Below, piece after piece: positions 37,663 to 52,495 of a DNA stretch of 64,000 nucleotides. The translations under genes and the position numbers were made by a program. Position 1 is the stretch's first letter. Every line of letters starts with the position of its first letter. This stretch comes from Eledone cirrhosa. Taxonomy: Eukaryota. Under the pieces are notes generated by a model. It was not told where the DNA came from and searched no databases. It saw nothing but the letters and a program-made list of their open reading frames with translations. Where the stretch lies: the NCBI GenBank assembly GCA_964016885.1, contig OZ024741.1, positions 14,508,001 to 14,572,000 of the forward strand. The letters run 5' to 3'.

Positions 37663-40065
37663 TTAACTGTATACTTTGTGAAAAGTTCTATGGAATTTAT
37701 GCAGGCAGATAGAAAACAAATCTGAGCGTCTATTTATTATAGATTCTAGGTTAGAGATAATGGTAAATTTTTCATTTAGGCAAATATTACAGATTTTAGA
37801 TAGAGAGCTGTTCAAGTATGAGGATGCAGAAGAAATCTTTTTCCAAAAGATGTTATATTTAATGTTTTTGTCTTTTAAGGACCATATGAGTTCTGAGAGA
37901 GCAGTGTTAGTTCTTTTAAGTTTGTATTTGAAAGATGAATGATGATTATAGAGACGAGCTTTAAAAGAGGTGGAAGTGGAGCCAAAATAGGTGAAGGAAT
38001 TGGTGCTAGTTATAATTTTACATTCATAAATTAAGTTTTTATCGAGGCAATGGTTGTTGAGAGGACATTTATTTTTAATGCGGCAGTTGCAATTAGAGAG
38101 ATTATTAATGAGTGATCTAGTGTTATCTATAGAAGGAATTGGATTGGAGAAGTTGTTTGCGATAGGAATAATAGGAATAATAGTTTCTTGATTTAGAGTT
38201 GGATTATGAACATTTAGCGAAGTTGTGTTTGACGTTGTATTTGGGTTTACAGAAGTTTGCCTAGGGTTTACAATGACGTCGGGAGTACTATTACTGTTAT
38301 TATGAAATTCAATATTGGAAGGAAGAGATTTAGTATTTAATATTTTGTTGTTGTGTTTAGAGATGATGTTGGAAATATTGGAGGATGTAGAATACGAAAA
38401 TTTGATGGTGTGTTTGTTAAATATTTTACTATAGATATGTGAGGGAGGGAAGCATTTATTTAAGGCATTAAAAAATAATTTAGGAATATTGTTATTAATA
38501 GAGATGGAGAAAGGAGCATTATACCAGATTATGTTTTTGTATCTAGGTCTTTTATTAAAATTATTGGAATGGTCATGATTAATTATTCTACTGTAAGTTT
38601 TCCTAGAATTTGTTTCTTTATTATATTTGATTTTATCTGGATAGCCGGCTTTAGAAAGTGCGTTATTATAGTAATTGGCGTTAGCATCAAAGATGTTTTT
38701 ATTAGAAGATATGTTAGATATTCTATTTCCAATATTATTAACTATAGCATTCTTGATATTGGTAGGATGGTTAGATTTAAAGTTAACATAATTAAGATTC
38801 TCATTGTTTTTATGGTAAGGGTAATATAGGCCAGTGTCAAGATTAAGAGATACATCCAAGAAATTAGCTAGTTTGATACTATTATCAAATTCAATTTTTA
38901 GGTTATGTTGGTTAAAGAGATTACGTATATTGTTCTTAATAATATTAAGTTTAACTATATTGCAATTTAGGATAGTAAAGAGTCCATCGTCACGATAAAT
39001 TCCACCGCGAAGTTGAGGAATTTTCCGACTCAAAGAGTTCAAAATGAAGATACCAATTAAATCAGTCAATTGGGATGAATCGGATGCTCCCATTGTGATG
39101 TCGAAGTTGTTAGAGGTATCGGCTCTGGTCCAATATTCGTTGTTGAACTCTAGGATGGTTTTACGTGCGGTGAGGATAATGTGAAGTTCATCTGTGGTGA
39201 TGTCAGAATATTTAAGTGCGAAAGATAGAGCATTATTGAGAAGTGAAGGCGAAATGGAGGAATAGTAGCTGGCAATATCGAATTGAATAAATTTTAGTTT
39301 GTTTTTATTATCCAATTTGTTGAACCAGCCAATCACTTCAGAAGTACCAAACCATAAATTTAGGTTTAAAGAAGAGCAATTAGAACTAACCTGTGGGATA
39401 ATCCTATCCAAGATGGCTTTACTAACAACCCCCAGATCAGATTTAGAGGGGGCGATTAATCTAACAGATAGTTCAGTGCGAAAATTGTTTTTGTGATCCT
39501 TGAGATTTATCCTCGGAGTTCTTGGGAGGAATGGTTCGGTCTTTTTTTCAATGCCAAGTTTTGACATAATCTCATAGGCTTCAAGGTTTATGCATTCTAA
39601 ATTTTCATGGTTGGTTTTACGATACTTTTTCCTAAGTTCCTTTAGGATAAGGTTGTTATAATTATCCTTGGAAATACCATATAGGTTATTGGTTTTGTCA
39701 GAGTGGACTAAAACATTTTTTGAGGAATTTAGGTTAGAGATTGTGTTCTTGAGATTTACAAGGTGCTCTTGTCCTTTGTAAGGGTATCTCTTGAATTTAA
39801 GATGTTTTATTATTTTAGTTAATTCTTCCTCGAATTGTGCTAGATTTTTGTTGGAAGGAGGATTTCGTCTAGAATTAAAAAGATGATCGAGGAAGTTGTG
39901 TTCTTTGGTATGAAAGTTCCCTTTTAGGCGCTGGTCATAGAAATAGGCTGTCCATCTAAGTCTTCTTACGAAGGAGTCAGTTTTTTCAATAAGGAGTTTG
40001 GCGAATTCGGATTTACTAGGTATAGGAATGTCTTTAGTTGAATTGGTTATGTTGTAATAATCCAT
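37663..40065 (-). CDS. Intact ~800-aa PLE protein: RT + CxC/Cys linker + C-terminal GIY-YIG endonuclease (Hydra-clade-like)
   Basis: KDIPIPSK...LRW N-terminus; FIQFDIASYY, ITMGA, IYRDDGL, NFLDV; CNC-x5-CPL-x3-C; LIY..YFG, R..H; CNICLNEK; likely ATG at 40065 (frame open from 40125). Confidence 0.92.
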   Translation of the reverse strand: MDYYNITNSTKDIPIPSKSEFAKLLIEKTDSFVRRLRWTAYFYDQRLKGNFHTKEHNFLDHLFNSRRNPPSNKNLAQFEEELTKIIKHLKFKRYPYKGQEHLVNLKNTISNLNSSKNVLVHSDKTNNLYGISKDNYNNLILKELRKKYRKTNHENLECINLEAYEIMSKLGIEKKTEPFLPRTPRINLKDHKNNFRTELSVRLIAPSKSDLGVVSKAILDRIIPQVSSNCSSLNLNLWFGTSEVIGWFNKLDNKNKLKFIQFDIASYYSSISPSLLNNALSFALKYSDITTDELHIILTARKTILEFNNEYWTRADTSNNFDITMGASDSSQLTDLIGIFILNSLSRKIPQLRGGIYRDDGLFTILNCNIVKLNIIKNNIRNLFNQHNLKIEFDNSIKLANFLDVSLNLDTGLYYPYHKNNENLNYVNFKSNHPTNIKNAIVNNIGNRISNISSNKNIFDANANYYNNALSKAGYPDKIKYNKETNSRKTYSRIINHDHSNNFNKRPRYKNIIWYNAPFSISINNNIPKLFFNALNKCFPPSHIYSKIFNKHTIKFSYSTSSNISNIISKHNNKILNTKSLPSNIEFHNNSNSTPDVIVNPRQTSVNPNTTSNTTSLNVHNPTLNQETIIPIIPIANNFSNPIPSIDNTRSLINNLSNCNCRIKNKCPLNNHCLDKNLIYECKIITSTNSFTYFGSTSTSFKARLYNHHSSFKYKLKRTNTALSELIWSLKDKNIKYNIFWKKISSASSYLNSSLSKICNICLNEKFTIISNLESIINRRSDLFSICLHKFHRTFHKVYS

Positions 40066-40155
40066 GTTGTAGAAGAAGAGGTGAAGGACCATCAAAAGGT
40101 ATCCAATATGAGAGTAAGCGCTCAACCGTTAAGGAGCAAGTTAATGTAGGAGGTG

Positions 40156-42525
40156 AGACATTCCTATACCTAGTAAATCCGAATTCACCAAACTCCTTAT
40201 TGAAAACACTGACTCCTCCGTAAGAAGACTTAGATGGACAGCCTATTTCTATGACCAGCGCCTAAAAGGGAACTTTCATACCAAAGAACACAACTTCCTC
40301 GATCATCTTTTTAATTCTAGACGAAATCCTCCTTCCAACAAAAATCTAGCACAATTCGAGGAAGAATTAACTAAAATAATAAAACATCTTAAATTCAAGA
40401 GATACCCTTACAAAGGACAAGAGCACCTTGTAAATCTCAAGAACACAATCTCTAACCTAAATTCCTCAAAAAATGTTTTAGTCCACTCTGACAAAACCAA
40501 TAACCTATATGGTATTTCCAAGGATAATTATAACAACCTTATCCTAAAGGAACTTAGGAAAAAGTATCGTAAAACCAACCATGAAATTTAGAATGCATAA
40601 ACCTTGAAGCCTATGAGATTATGTCAAAACTTGGCATTGAAAAAAAGACCGAACCATTCCTCCCAAGAACTCCGAGGATAAATCTCAAGGATCACAAAAA
40701 CAATTTTCGCACTGAACTACCTGTTAGATTAATCGCCCCCTCTAAATCTGATCTGGGGGTTGTTAGTAAAGCCATCTTGGATAGGATTATCCCACAGGTT
40801 AGTTCTAATTGCTCTTCTTTAAACCTAAATTTATGGTTTGGTACTTCTGAAGTGATTGGCTGGTTCAACAAATTGGATAATAAAAACAAACTAAAATTTA
40901 TTCAATTCGATATTGCCAGCTACTATTCCTCCATTTCGCCTTCACTTCTCAATAATGCTCTATCTTTCGCACTTAAATATTCTGACATCACCACAGATGA
41001 ACTTCACATTATCCTCACCGCACGTAAAACCATCCTAGAGTTCAACAACGAATATTGGACCAGAGCCGATACCTCTAACAACTTCGACATCACAATGGGA
41101 GCATCCGATTCATCCCAATTGACTGATTTAATTGGTATCTTCATTTTGAACTCTTTGAGTCGGAAAATTCCTCAACTTCGCGGTGGAATTTATCGTGACG
41201 ATGGACTCTTTACTATCCTAAATTGCAATATAGTTAAACTTAATATTATTAAGAACAATATACGTAATCTCTTTAACCAACATAACCTAAAAATTGAATT
41301 TGATAATAGTATCAAACTAGCTAATTTCTTGGATGTATCTCTTAATCTTGACACTGGCCTATATTACCCTTACCATAAAAACAATGAGAATCTTAATTAT
41401 GTTAACTTTAAATCTAACCATCCTACCAATATCAAGAATGCTATAGTTAATAATATTGGAAATAGAATATCTAACATATCTTCTAATAAAAACATCTTTG
41501 ATGCTAACGCCAATTACTATAATAACGCACTTTCTAAAGCCGGCTATCCAGATAAAATCAAATATAATAAAGAAACAAATTCTAGGAAAACTTACAGTAG
41601 AATAATTAATCATGACCATTCCAATAATTTTAATAAAAGACCTAGATACAAAAACATAATCTGGTATAATGCTCCTTTCTCCATCTCTATTAATAACAAT
41701 ATTCCTAAATTATTTTTTAATGCCTTAAATAAATGCTTCCCTCCCTCACATATCTATAGTAAAATATTTAACAAACACACCATCAAATTTTCGTATTCTA
41801 CATCCTCCAATATTTCCAACATCATCTCTAAACACAACAACAAAATATTAAATACTAAATCTCTTCCTTCCAATATTGAATTTCATAATAACAGTAATAG
41901 TACTCCCGACGTCATTGTAAACCCTAGGCAAACTTCTGTAAACCCAAATACAACGTCAAACACAACTTCGCTAAATGTTCATAATCCAACTCTAAATCAA
42001 GAAACTATTATTCCTATTATTCCTATCGCAAACAACTTCTCCAATCCAATTCCTTCTATAGATAACACTAGATCACTCATTAATAATCTCTCTAATTGCA
42101 ACTGCCGCATTAAAAATAAATGTCCTCTCAACAACCATTGCCTCGATAAAAACTTAATTTATGAATGTAAAATTATAACTAGCACCAATTCCTTCACCTA
42201 TTTTGGCTCCACTTCCACCTCTTTTAAAGCTCGTCTCTATAATCATCATTCATCTTTCAAATACAAACTTAAAAGAACTAACACTGCTCTCTCAGAACTC
42301 ATATGGTCCTTAAAAGACAAAAACATTAAATATAACATCTTTTGGAAAAAGATTTCTTCTGCATCCTCATACTTGAACAGCTCTCTATCTAAAATCTGTA
42401 ATATTTGCCTAAATGAAAAATTTACCATTATCTCTAACCTAGAATCTATAATAAATAGACGCTCAGATTTGTTTTCTATCTGCCTGCATAAATTCCATAG
42501 AACTTTTCACAAAGTATACAGTTAA
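40156..42525 (+). pseudogene. Inverted copy of the PLE ORF lacking the first codons, with a 1-nt deletion near 40585
   Basis: Starts at DIPIP; catgaaattt versus catgaaaattt; the 634-aa ORF differs only by S>P. Confidence 0.9.
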
Positions 42526-43503
42526 TATTCAATTCTTTATCAATTTAGAATCTTTTCTCAAAGGCACATATACATACACCTCTTTAAAATATACCCATCT
42601 ACCTTACTTTAAAGGGCATTATACACTCTATAATACTCGTTTACTCATTACCCTCATTCTATCTTCTCGTAAAATAATAACATTTGTTTTTGACATTTTG
42701 AATATTCATCCGCAATCACTATTATTTTTTCTCTCTATCATAAATCTTTTTAATCTCAATTTCATCCTTAATTTATTATTATTTTTTTCTCCCCATCAAC
42801 GAACTCATTATTAATACATATCAATTCAATATACAAACTTTAACTTCACATTATTTTTCTCAAATCCTTCTACACACAAACCTTAACATTTTTTTTTCTC
42901 TTCGCTAATTTTGAAATTGCCACAATACATACATTTCTTCTTTTGACGTTAGAATATTCACCCACAATTATTATTTTTTTCTCTCTATCTTCATACATAA
43001 TTTCCCTTCGTTAATTTTCAAATTCCTTTAATTTATACATTATCTTCCAACGGTTCCCAACCTCTCTATATTAAAACAATATATCTTTTTCTCAGTTATA
43101 AAAACTATCTCTTTCTCTCTATCACCCATCTCTCCCTCTCCACCTTCACTCTCATCTCCTCCCCCCTTTTTTTCACCCCCCCCCCGCTCCCTAAATAAAA
43201 TATTTTTTCCTCGCACATATCCTCCCTTCGTTAATTTTCAAAATTTTTAATTTATACAGTATCTTCCAACGGTTTTCAACCCCTCTATGTAAAAAATATA
43301 TCTCCTCTCAGTTATAAAAACTATCTCTTTCTCTCTATCACCCATCTCTCCCTCTCATCTCCTTCCCTTTTCATCCTCCCCCCCCCTCTCTAAATAAAAT
43401 ATTTTTCCCAATATCACACATCAATCTAAAACCACTTTTCATATGTTGATTAAAAACTGCACTATCAACAAGTGTTTTTTTAGCCTTCATATCATGTTCT
43501 CCT

Positions 43504-43572
43504 GTTTTATCTGATGAAAACACAAATATTATTGCTTGATGATGTTTGTTTTTGAAATGCGCATAATAAAAT
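43504..43572 (+). ncRNA. HHR in the PLE 3' region (mirror copy 36617-36685 -)
   Basis: gttttat CTGATGA [~16-bp stem II] GAAA T-GCGC-A TA ataaaat. Confidence 0.85.
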
Positions 43573-43603
43573 ATATGGAACTCCTTTAACCATCTTTTGA
43601 TCT

Positions 43604-45100
<1,497 letters not shown>

Positions 45101-45569
45101 TAACAGATTAAAGTTTAAGCAAAGAATCGCTGCTTTCACCCTTAACGGGATCTTCTGAAACTAAAATAATAAATCTGTGAACGCAGAAGTAAATATTTCG
45201 CAAAACGTTACACACACTATATATATATATATATATATACATACATATACACACACACACCGCCTCATAATGACGTAATGCAGACAGTCAGGCATACAGA
45301 CAGATATTATACGAGCGCAACGTTATATCTATGTATCTATCTAAAAAGAGAAAGACTAAGAATTATAGAGAGAGATCGCCAAATCGCCTAATGAAGTCCC
45401 TAGGGCATTGAAAAATTTGAAATTCTTTTTGCTCAAAACACTCACGGGACCATAAATATTATATATGTAAAGTTTGAAAAAACTCGGTTGGGTGGTTCTC
45501 GGGTTTTAGTGATTGGACAGACAGACAGACAAAAAGACATTCTCTGTTTTAGTAATATATTATATATAT

Positions 45570-45792
45570 ATTTTAAGGAACGATCGACTTTCGTCAAATC
45601 GGACCGACGAAACAGTGTTTCCGTTGGTCTTGCCAATTGCTAATACTATCTATCGGTCGCAACTCCAGGTAGAAGGAGCAACGTGAAATAAAGTGTCTTG
45701 CTCAAGAACATAACGCATCGCCCGGTCCAGGAATTGAACTCACGACCTTACGATTCTGAATCCAATTCTCTAACAACTCAGCCACACGCCTT
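45570..45792 (-). mobile_element. tRNA-derived SINE
   Basis: A box tggctgagttg, B box gagttcaattcc, then gttcttgagcaagacactt central domain. Confidence 0.7.
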
Positions 45793-45812
45793 CACATATA
45801 TATATATACAAC

Positions 45813-45842
<30 letters not shown>

Positions 45843-45843
<1 letters not shown>

Positions 45844-48327
45844 GACATCTCTATAGCGGACTTAAGGACAGCATTCAATAAATCTCATAAATGGAAATCA
45901 GCTGGTCGAGACAGGGTGCCAAATTTCTGGCTTTCCTCACTCCCGTGCACTCACAATATATTGGTCAAGCTGTTTAATGGAATTATGAAAGATCCAAAAA
46001 ATACACCTGATTGGATAGCAAGTGGCATTACCTACCTTCTACCAAAGAACAACGAAACCAAAGATCCAAAAGAACTATCGGCCCATAACCTGCTTGTCCA
46101 CCACTTATAAACTATTAACCTCTATTTTGGAGGAGAACAGTCTTTTCCCCATTGAACAAAAAGGGTGCCGACGAGGTTCATATGGCTGCAAAGATCAACT
46201 TTTGATTATTAGTATGATCCTTGGAACTGTCATAATAAACACAGAAATCTCAGTTCTGCGTGGATCGATTATAAAAAAGCCTTTGACACCATACCACATT
46301 CATGGATTCTGAAATCACTGGGCATCTTCAAAATCTCACCCGTGATCTCAAATTTCATGAAACACAATATGTCATTATGGAACACAAATCTCCAATTGTC
46401 TCATTCCACTGGGGTACTGTGCTCTAGGAATATAAACATCAACTGTGGTATATTCCAGGGTGACTCACTTTCACCCTTGCTTTTCTGCATAGCTTTAATA
46501 CCCCCTACATCCGAACTTAATAGAACGGGTACAGTTATAGAATTGACAACAAAAAAATAAGCCACCTATTTTATAAGGATGATTTGAAGCTATATTGCAA
46601 AGATATTGACGAACTGGAAGGCCTTTTGCGGACAGTAAAACCGTTTAGCGATGACATCAGGATGGAGTTTGGACTTGACAAGTGTGCAAAAGCCACTTTC
46701 AAGAAGGGGAAGCTTGTCAACTCACTCAGTTGAATTGGATGTTGAAACAATCATAAAGGAACTTGAACAGAAACAAACCTATAAATACTTAGGGATTAAT
46801 GAGGGCTCTGGCATACAGCATGCAAGTATGAAAGAGAGGATAAGGAAAGAATGTTACAGGAGAGTACGTGCAGTTCTGAGATCAGAACTAAACGCTCGTA
46901 ACAAGGTGCTAGCCATAAATTCCTTGGCAGTCCCAGTTGTCACTTATAGCTTCGGTGTGTTGAACTGGAATATGAGTGAAATCAAAAGAATCGACACCAA
47001 AGTCCGAAAGCTACTGACCTGTAATAGGATGCACCACCCAAAAGCAGATGTGGATCGTCTTTACCTTCCTTGAACTCAAGGAGGCCGTGGCCTGATCCAA
47101 TTTGAACTTGCTTACAAGACCACCATCATTGGACTGGCCAAATACCTTGAAACAACTAACGACTGTATGCTGAAACTTGTTGAAAAGTATGAGAGAAGTA
47201 AGAAGCTTCTTTCTATCTTGAAGGAGAACAAAAAATATGCTACTGATCTCATGCTTGATACCCAGGCTGGACAGACTAAAGAAACTGTTGCAACTGATGC
47301 TGCTAGGTACATAAAATCACTGGCAAAAGCAAAAGGGCAAGGACAATTAGCATCTAATTGGGAGCAGAAACCTCTGCATTGAAAATATGTGGCCCGTAGC
47401 AAACAAGCTGTTGTTGACCAAAAGCACACCCATCAGTGGCTACGTAGTTCAGAGTTAAAGGCGGAGAGTGAAGGCTTCATCTTAACTGCCCAAGATCAAA
47501 GCTTATTGACTCGTAATTACCAGGCCAATGTGATGAGAAACGGAATAAACCCAAAGTGCCGATTCTGCAATGCTGAGATTGAAACAGTGGATCACTTAGT
47601 CTCTGGATGTAAAGTTTTGGCACCAGTAGAATACAAATATAGACATGACAGAGTTGGCCAATATCTACACTGGGTAATATGTCGGCATTACAAAATCAAA
47701 GCTGAAGACATGTGGTACAATCATCAGCCTGAGGCTGTAACTGAAGGAGAAAAAGTAACAATTCTCTGGGACTTTTCTGTACATACTGACAAGACCATAA
47801 AAGCAAATAGACCTGACATCATTATAAAAGACCAACATAACAAGGTCTGTCTATTGATAGATATGACCATCCCATGTGATCACAATATCGCGGCAAAAGA
47901 ATTTGACAAGCTACGAAAATATAAAGATCTGCTTATTGAAATTGAGAAAATGTGACACCTCAAGGCCGTTACAATAACAGTGATTGGGGGAGGACTGGGA
48001 ATGATCAAGAAAGGAACAGAACAATATTTGCGAATGATTCCTGGTTTACCCTCTCTGCACGAGGTGCAAAAAATTGTTTTCACTGGTACTGCACACGTAT
48101 TGAGAAGAGCACCATCTCTGTAAGATTGATATCCCTCCTTGTATTTACATATGCATATGCACATGTGTATATATGTATACTGTTTTATTGTTTTTGTTTT
48201 TTTTTAAATTATAATCAATGTGCTGTATTAACTGGCTTACCAATGCACACTGTGAATTTATTTGCCCTAGGTGCCAGGAAGACACTCGGCATATATCTCA
48301 GAAACAATAATGAAGGAAAATAAAAAC
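45843..48327 (+). mobile_element. 5'-truncated, decayed R4/Dong-clade non-LTR element (RT + restriction-like endonuclease) in (TAA)n
   Basis: NYRPITCL, GIFQGDSLSP, YKYLGI, CRFC..ETVDHLVSGC, RHD, RPD..D, K..KY; (AAT)n at 45812-45842 and 48328-48368. Confidence 0.88.
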
Positions 48328-48371
<44 letters not shown>

Positions 48372-48462
48372 GGACGATGTTATGTCTTCAATACGTTTAC
48401 TGAGTAGTGACGTGCGTTTCTCTATTGATCAGCTCAAGGTCCTTTTTATTATTATTATACTA

Positions 48463-48652
48463 TGGGGAGATTAGCAGTATCGGTAGAGGGACGGATGCCA
48501 TGCTTTGCAGCATAGAGTTACGCCCCTTTATAGTCTGAGTTCAAATCCCGCCGAGGTTAACTTTGCCTTTCATCCTTACGGGGTCGATAAAATAAAGTAC
48601 CAGTAATGTACTGGGTAATTGCTGGCCTTGTGCCTAAAGTAGAAACAATTAT
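48463..48652 (+). mobile_element. tRNA-derived SINE with Meta-type core; other copies at 57762-57952 (-) and partial at 51590-51650 (-)
   Basis: B box gagttcaaatccc; gcctttcatccttacggggtcgataaaata.agtaccag. Confidence 0.75.
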
Positions 48653-49689
48653 TACACTCTGCTTTGTTCAACACTTCTATACTTACTGGAAACTACGCGG
48701 CAAGTGTTCACTGTGAGGAACCTACAGTAACTGGACATTGCAATCCCTATATATATATATATACGTCTACACACATACACACACATATATTACCATATTT
48801 TTGGTTGATTAATTACGCATACGCGTGTACAATCTTGTAAATATGAACACATGTATATGTATATGTATATATATATACATACAATTATTTATTTAAGTAT
48901 GTACACATACATATACATATATTCATACATACACGTGTCTATTAGTGTATACAAACCTGACATATGTTATTAAACAGTAACCGCTTTACTGAGTTGTAAA
49001 AGACTTTGAATACATGAAAGAAATGAATCGGAAAAGCATGTGAGATAGAAAAAAGGCGGAATGGGGAATGTAGCAAAGTAGAACGATGAAGAAGTAGTCA
49101 CACTGAACAGATACAGAGATGTAGTCTATACTGTAACCCTTTTGATACTAAACCGCATCGAACTGCCCTCCATTCTACTATACAAAGCTGTTTGTTCTAA
49201 AGGGTTTATATTTATCTTGAAAGCTCACATCATAATTTTAGGAGGGTCGTCTGAAAAGTTTATAACCTCGCCTACAGACAATGTTGTTTTCTTTTTCTGT
49301 CTGTTTAACCAAATAAAAAAAATGATATAACGGAAATTCTGTTTTGGTGTTGTCTATCGAAACTCGACGATAATTTCGATATTTCGCTTTTGAGGATGTT
49401 ATGTGTTCATGAGAAGTGTTCCCTGCTAAATTTAAAAATCCGCATACACAGTCCACGCTGTTTACAATTAGTGTTGCAGCAATTTAAGAAGTTTGAACAG
49501 ATAAAAAGACGTCTCACCAGTAAAGATACAAAAGTACAGGGACCGGGAGAAAATCAATTATAACCAACCCAGAACACATATACTTTATTTTATAAATTTA
49601 TAGCATTTATAGTCCTTTCCTCTACTTTACTTTCCAGTGAGATCTGCCTTTCTTTACACCTTGCCCCCTCAGTTTATTACTTTTTATTC

Positions 49690-51570
49690 ATATTTCCACC
49701 ATTGTATAACTTCTGTAAAATATAGTTGACATAATATGTTTATATATAACAGATAACAACATATTTCTACCATTGTATAACTTCTGTAAAATATAGTTGA
49801 CATATGTTTCTATATAACAGATAACATATTTCTACCATTGTATAACTTCTGTAAAATATAGTTGACATAATATATTTATATATAGCAGATAACAAAATAT
49901 TTCCACCATTGTATAGCTTCTGTAAAATATAGTTGACATAATATATTTATATATAACAAATAACAAACTATTTCCACCATTGTATAACTTCTGTAAAATA
50001 TAGTTGACATAATATGTTTATATATAACAGATAACAAAATATTTCCACCATTGTATAACTTCTGTAAAATATAGTTGACATAATATGTTTATATATAACA
50101 GATAACAAAATATTTCTACCATTGTATAACTTCTGTAAAATATAGTTGACATAATATGTTTATATATAACAGATAACATATTTCTACCATTGTATAACTT
50201 CTGTAAAATATAGTTGACATAATATATTTATATATAACAGATAACAACATATTTCTACCATTGTATAACTTCTGTAAAATATAGTTGACATAATATGTTT
50301 ATATATAACAGATAACATATTTCTACCATTGTATAACTTCTGTAAAATATAGTTGACATAATATGTTTATATATAACAGATAACAACATATTTCTACCAT
50401 TGTATAACTTCTGTAAAATATAGTTGACATAATATATTTATATATAACAGATAACAAAATATTTCCACCATTGTATAACTTCTGTAAAATATAGTTGACA
50501 TAATATATTTATATATAACAGATAACATATTTCTACCATTGTATAACTTCTGTAAAATATAGTTGACATAATATGTTTATATATAACAGATAACATATTT
50601 CTACCATTGTATAACTTCTGTAAAATATAGTTGACATAATATGTTTATATATAACAGATAACAACATATTTCTACCATTGTATAACTTCTGTAAAATATA
50701 GTTGACATAATATATTTATATATAACAGATAACAAAATATTTCCACCATTGTATAACTTCTGTAAAATATAGTTGACATAATATGTTTATATATAACAGA
50801 TAACAAAATATTTCCACCATTGTATAACTTCTGTAAAATATAGTTGACATAATATGTTTATATATAACAGATAACAAAATATTTCCACCATTGTATAACT
50901 TCTGTAAAATATAGTTGACATAATATATTTATATATAACAGATAACATATTTCTACCATTGTATAACTTCTGTAAAATATAGTTGACATAATATGTTTAT
51001 ATATAACAGATAACAACATATTTCTACCATTGTATAACTTCTGTAAAATATAGTTGACATAATATGTTTATATATAACAGATAACAAAATATTTCCACCA
51101 TTGTATAACTTCTGTAAAATATAGTTGACATAATATATTTATATATAACAGATAACATATTTCTACCATTGTATAACTTCTGTAAAATATAGTTGACATA
51201 ATATGTTTATATATAACAGATAACAACATATTTCTACCATTGTATAACTTCTGTAAAATATAGTTGACATAATATATTTATATATAACAGATAACATATT
51301 TCCACCATTGTATAACTTCTGTAAAATATAGTTGACATAATATATTTATATATACCAGATAACAAAATATTTCCACCATTGTATAACTTCTGTAAAATAT
51401 AGTTGACATAATATGTTTATATATAACAGATAACAAAATATTTCCACCATTGTATAACTTCTGTAAAATATAGTTGACATAATATGTTTATATATAACAG
51501 ATAACAACATATTTCCACCATTGTATAACTTCTGTAAAATATAGTTGACATATGTTTATGTCAACTATAA
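49690..51570. repeat. AT-rich 65-71-bp minisatellite, ~27 copies, ending in a short hairpin
   Basis: Unit atatttccaccattgtataacttctgtaaaatatagttgacataatatgtttatatataacagataacaaa. Confidence 0.95.
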
Positions 51571-51969
51571 ATAAATAATTTCTAAAAGGTTTTATCGATT
51601 CCAGGAAGATAAAAAATCAAAGTTGACTTCGTTGGGATTTGAACTCAGGGCTGTAACTAAATATCGTAAAACAAGGGTGTGTCATTAGAACAATAGAGAG
51701 ACAGAGGGTGGGAAGGACTGAAAGCGGGTGAGGGAAAGGGTTGGAGAGGGAGGAATTGGAAAAGGAGAGGAGGGGGAGAGAGGGGATACGAGAGAGGGAG
51801 AGAGAGAGTACGAGTTATAGTCCTGCGTGTCTCTGTGAGTATGTGTGTGTGTGTGTATGTGTGTGTACGCCTATATGTGCCTGTATATGTGTGTATGAGT
51901 ATCTATCTGTCTGTGTATTCATAAAGCTGTATGCGAGGGTATTACAAAGAAGCCGTTACACACACACAC

Positions 51970-52315
51970 ACATATATGTATATATGTATATGTTTGTGTG
52001 TGTTTGTGTGTGTGTGTGTTTGTGTGTGTTCGTGTGTGTGTGTATGTGTGTTTGTGTGTACGTGTGTGTGTGTATGTGTGTGTGTTTGTGTGTGTTTGTG
52101 TGTTTGTGTGTGTGGGTGTTGGTTTGTGTGTGTGTGTTTGTGTGTGTTTGTGTGTGTGTGTGTGTATGTGTGTGCGTTCGTGTGTGTTTGTGTGTGTGTG
52201 TGTGTGTTGTGTGTGTTTGTGTGTGTGTTTGTGTGTGTGTTTGTGTGTGTTTGTGTATGTTTGTGTGTGTGTATGTGTATGTGTTTGTGATTTTGTGTGT
52301 TTGTGTGTGTTTTTG

Positions 52316-52346
<31 letters not shown>

Positions 52347-52463
52347 ATGGGTATGTGTGTTTGTGTGTGTTTTGGTGTGTGTGTATGTGTGTTTGTGTGT
52401 GAGTGTGTTTGTGTGTGTGTGTGTTTGTATGTGTTTGTGTGTGCGTTTGTGTGTGTGTGTGTT

Positions 52464-52495
<32 letters not shown>

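Larger units (their letters stand above)
36491..43610. mobile_element. 7.1-kb palindromic Penelope-like retroelement insertion in (TA)n
   Basis: Minus arm 40141-36491 complete; plus arm 40156-43610 nearly identical; (TA)n on both sides. Confidence 0.95.

Noticed and set aside
36491-43610. Palindrome as a DNA transposon with giant TIRs
   Set aside because: Encodes RT + GIY-YIG rather than a transposase, and the ends are asymmetric
49690-51570. 71-bp array as a bacterial promoter array (ttgaca) or CRISPR
   Set aside because: Chance motif in an AT-rich minisatellite; no spacers
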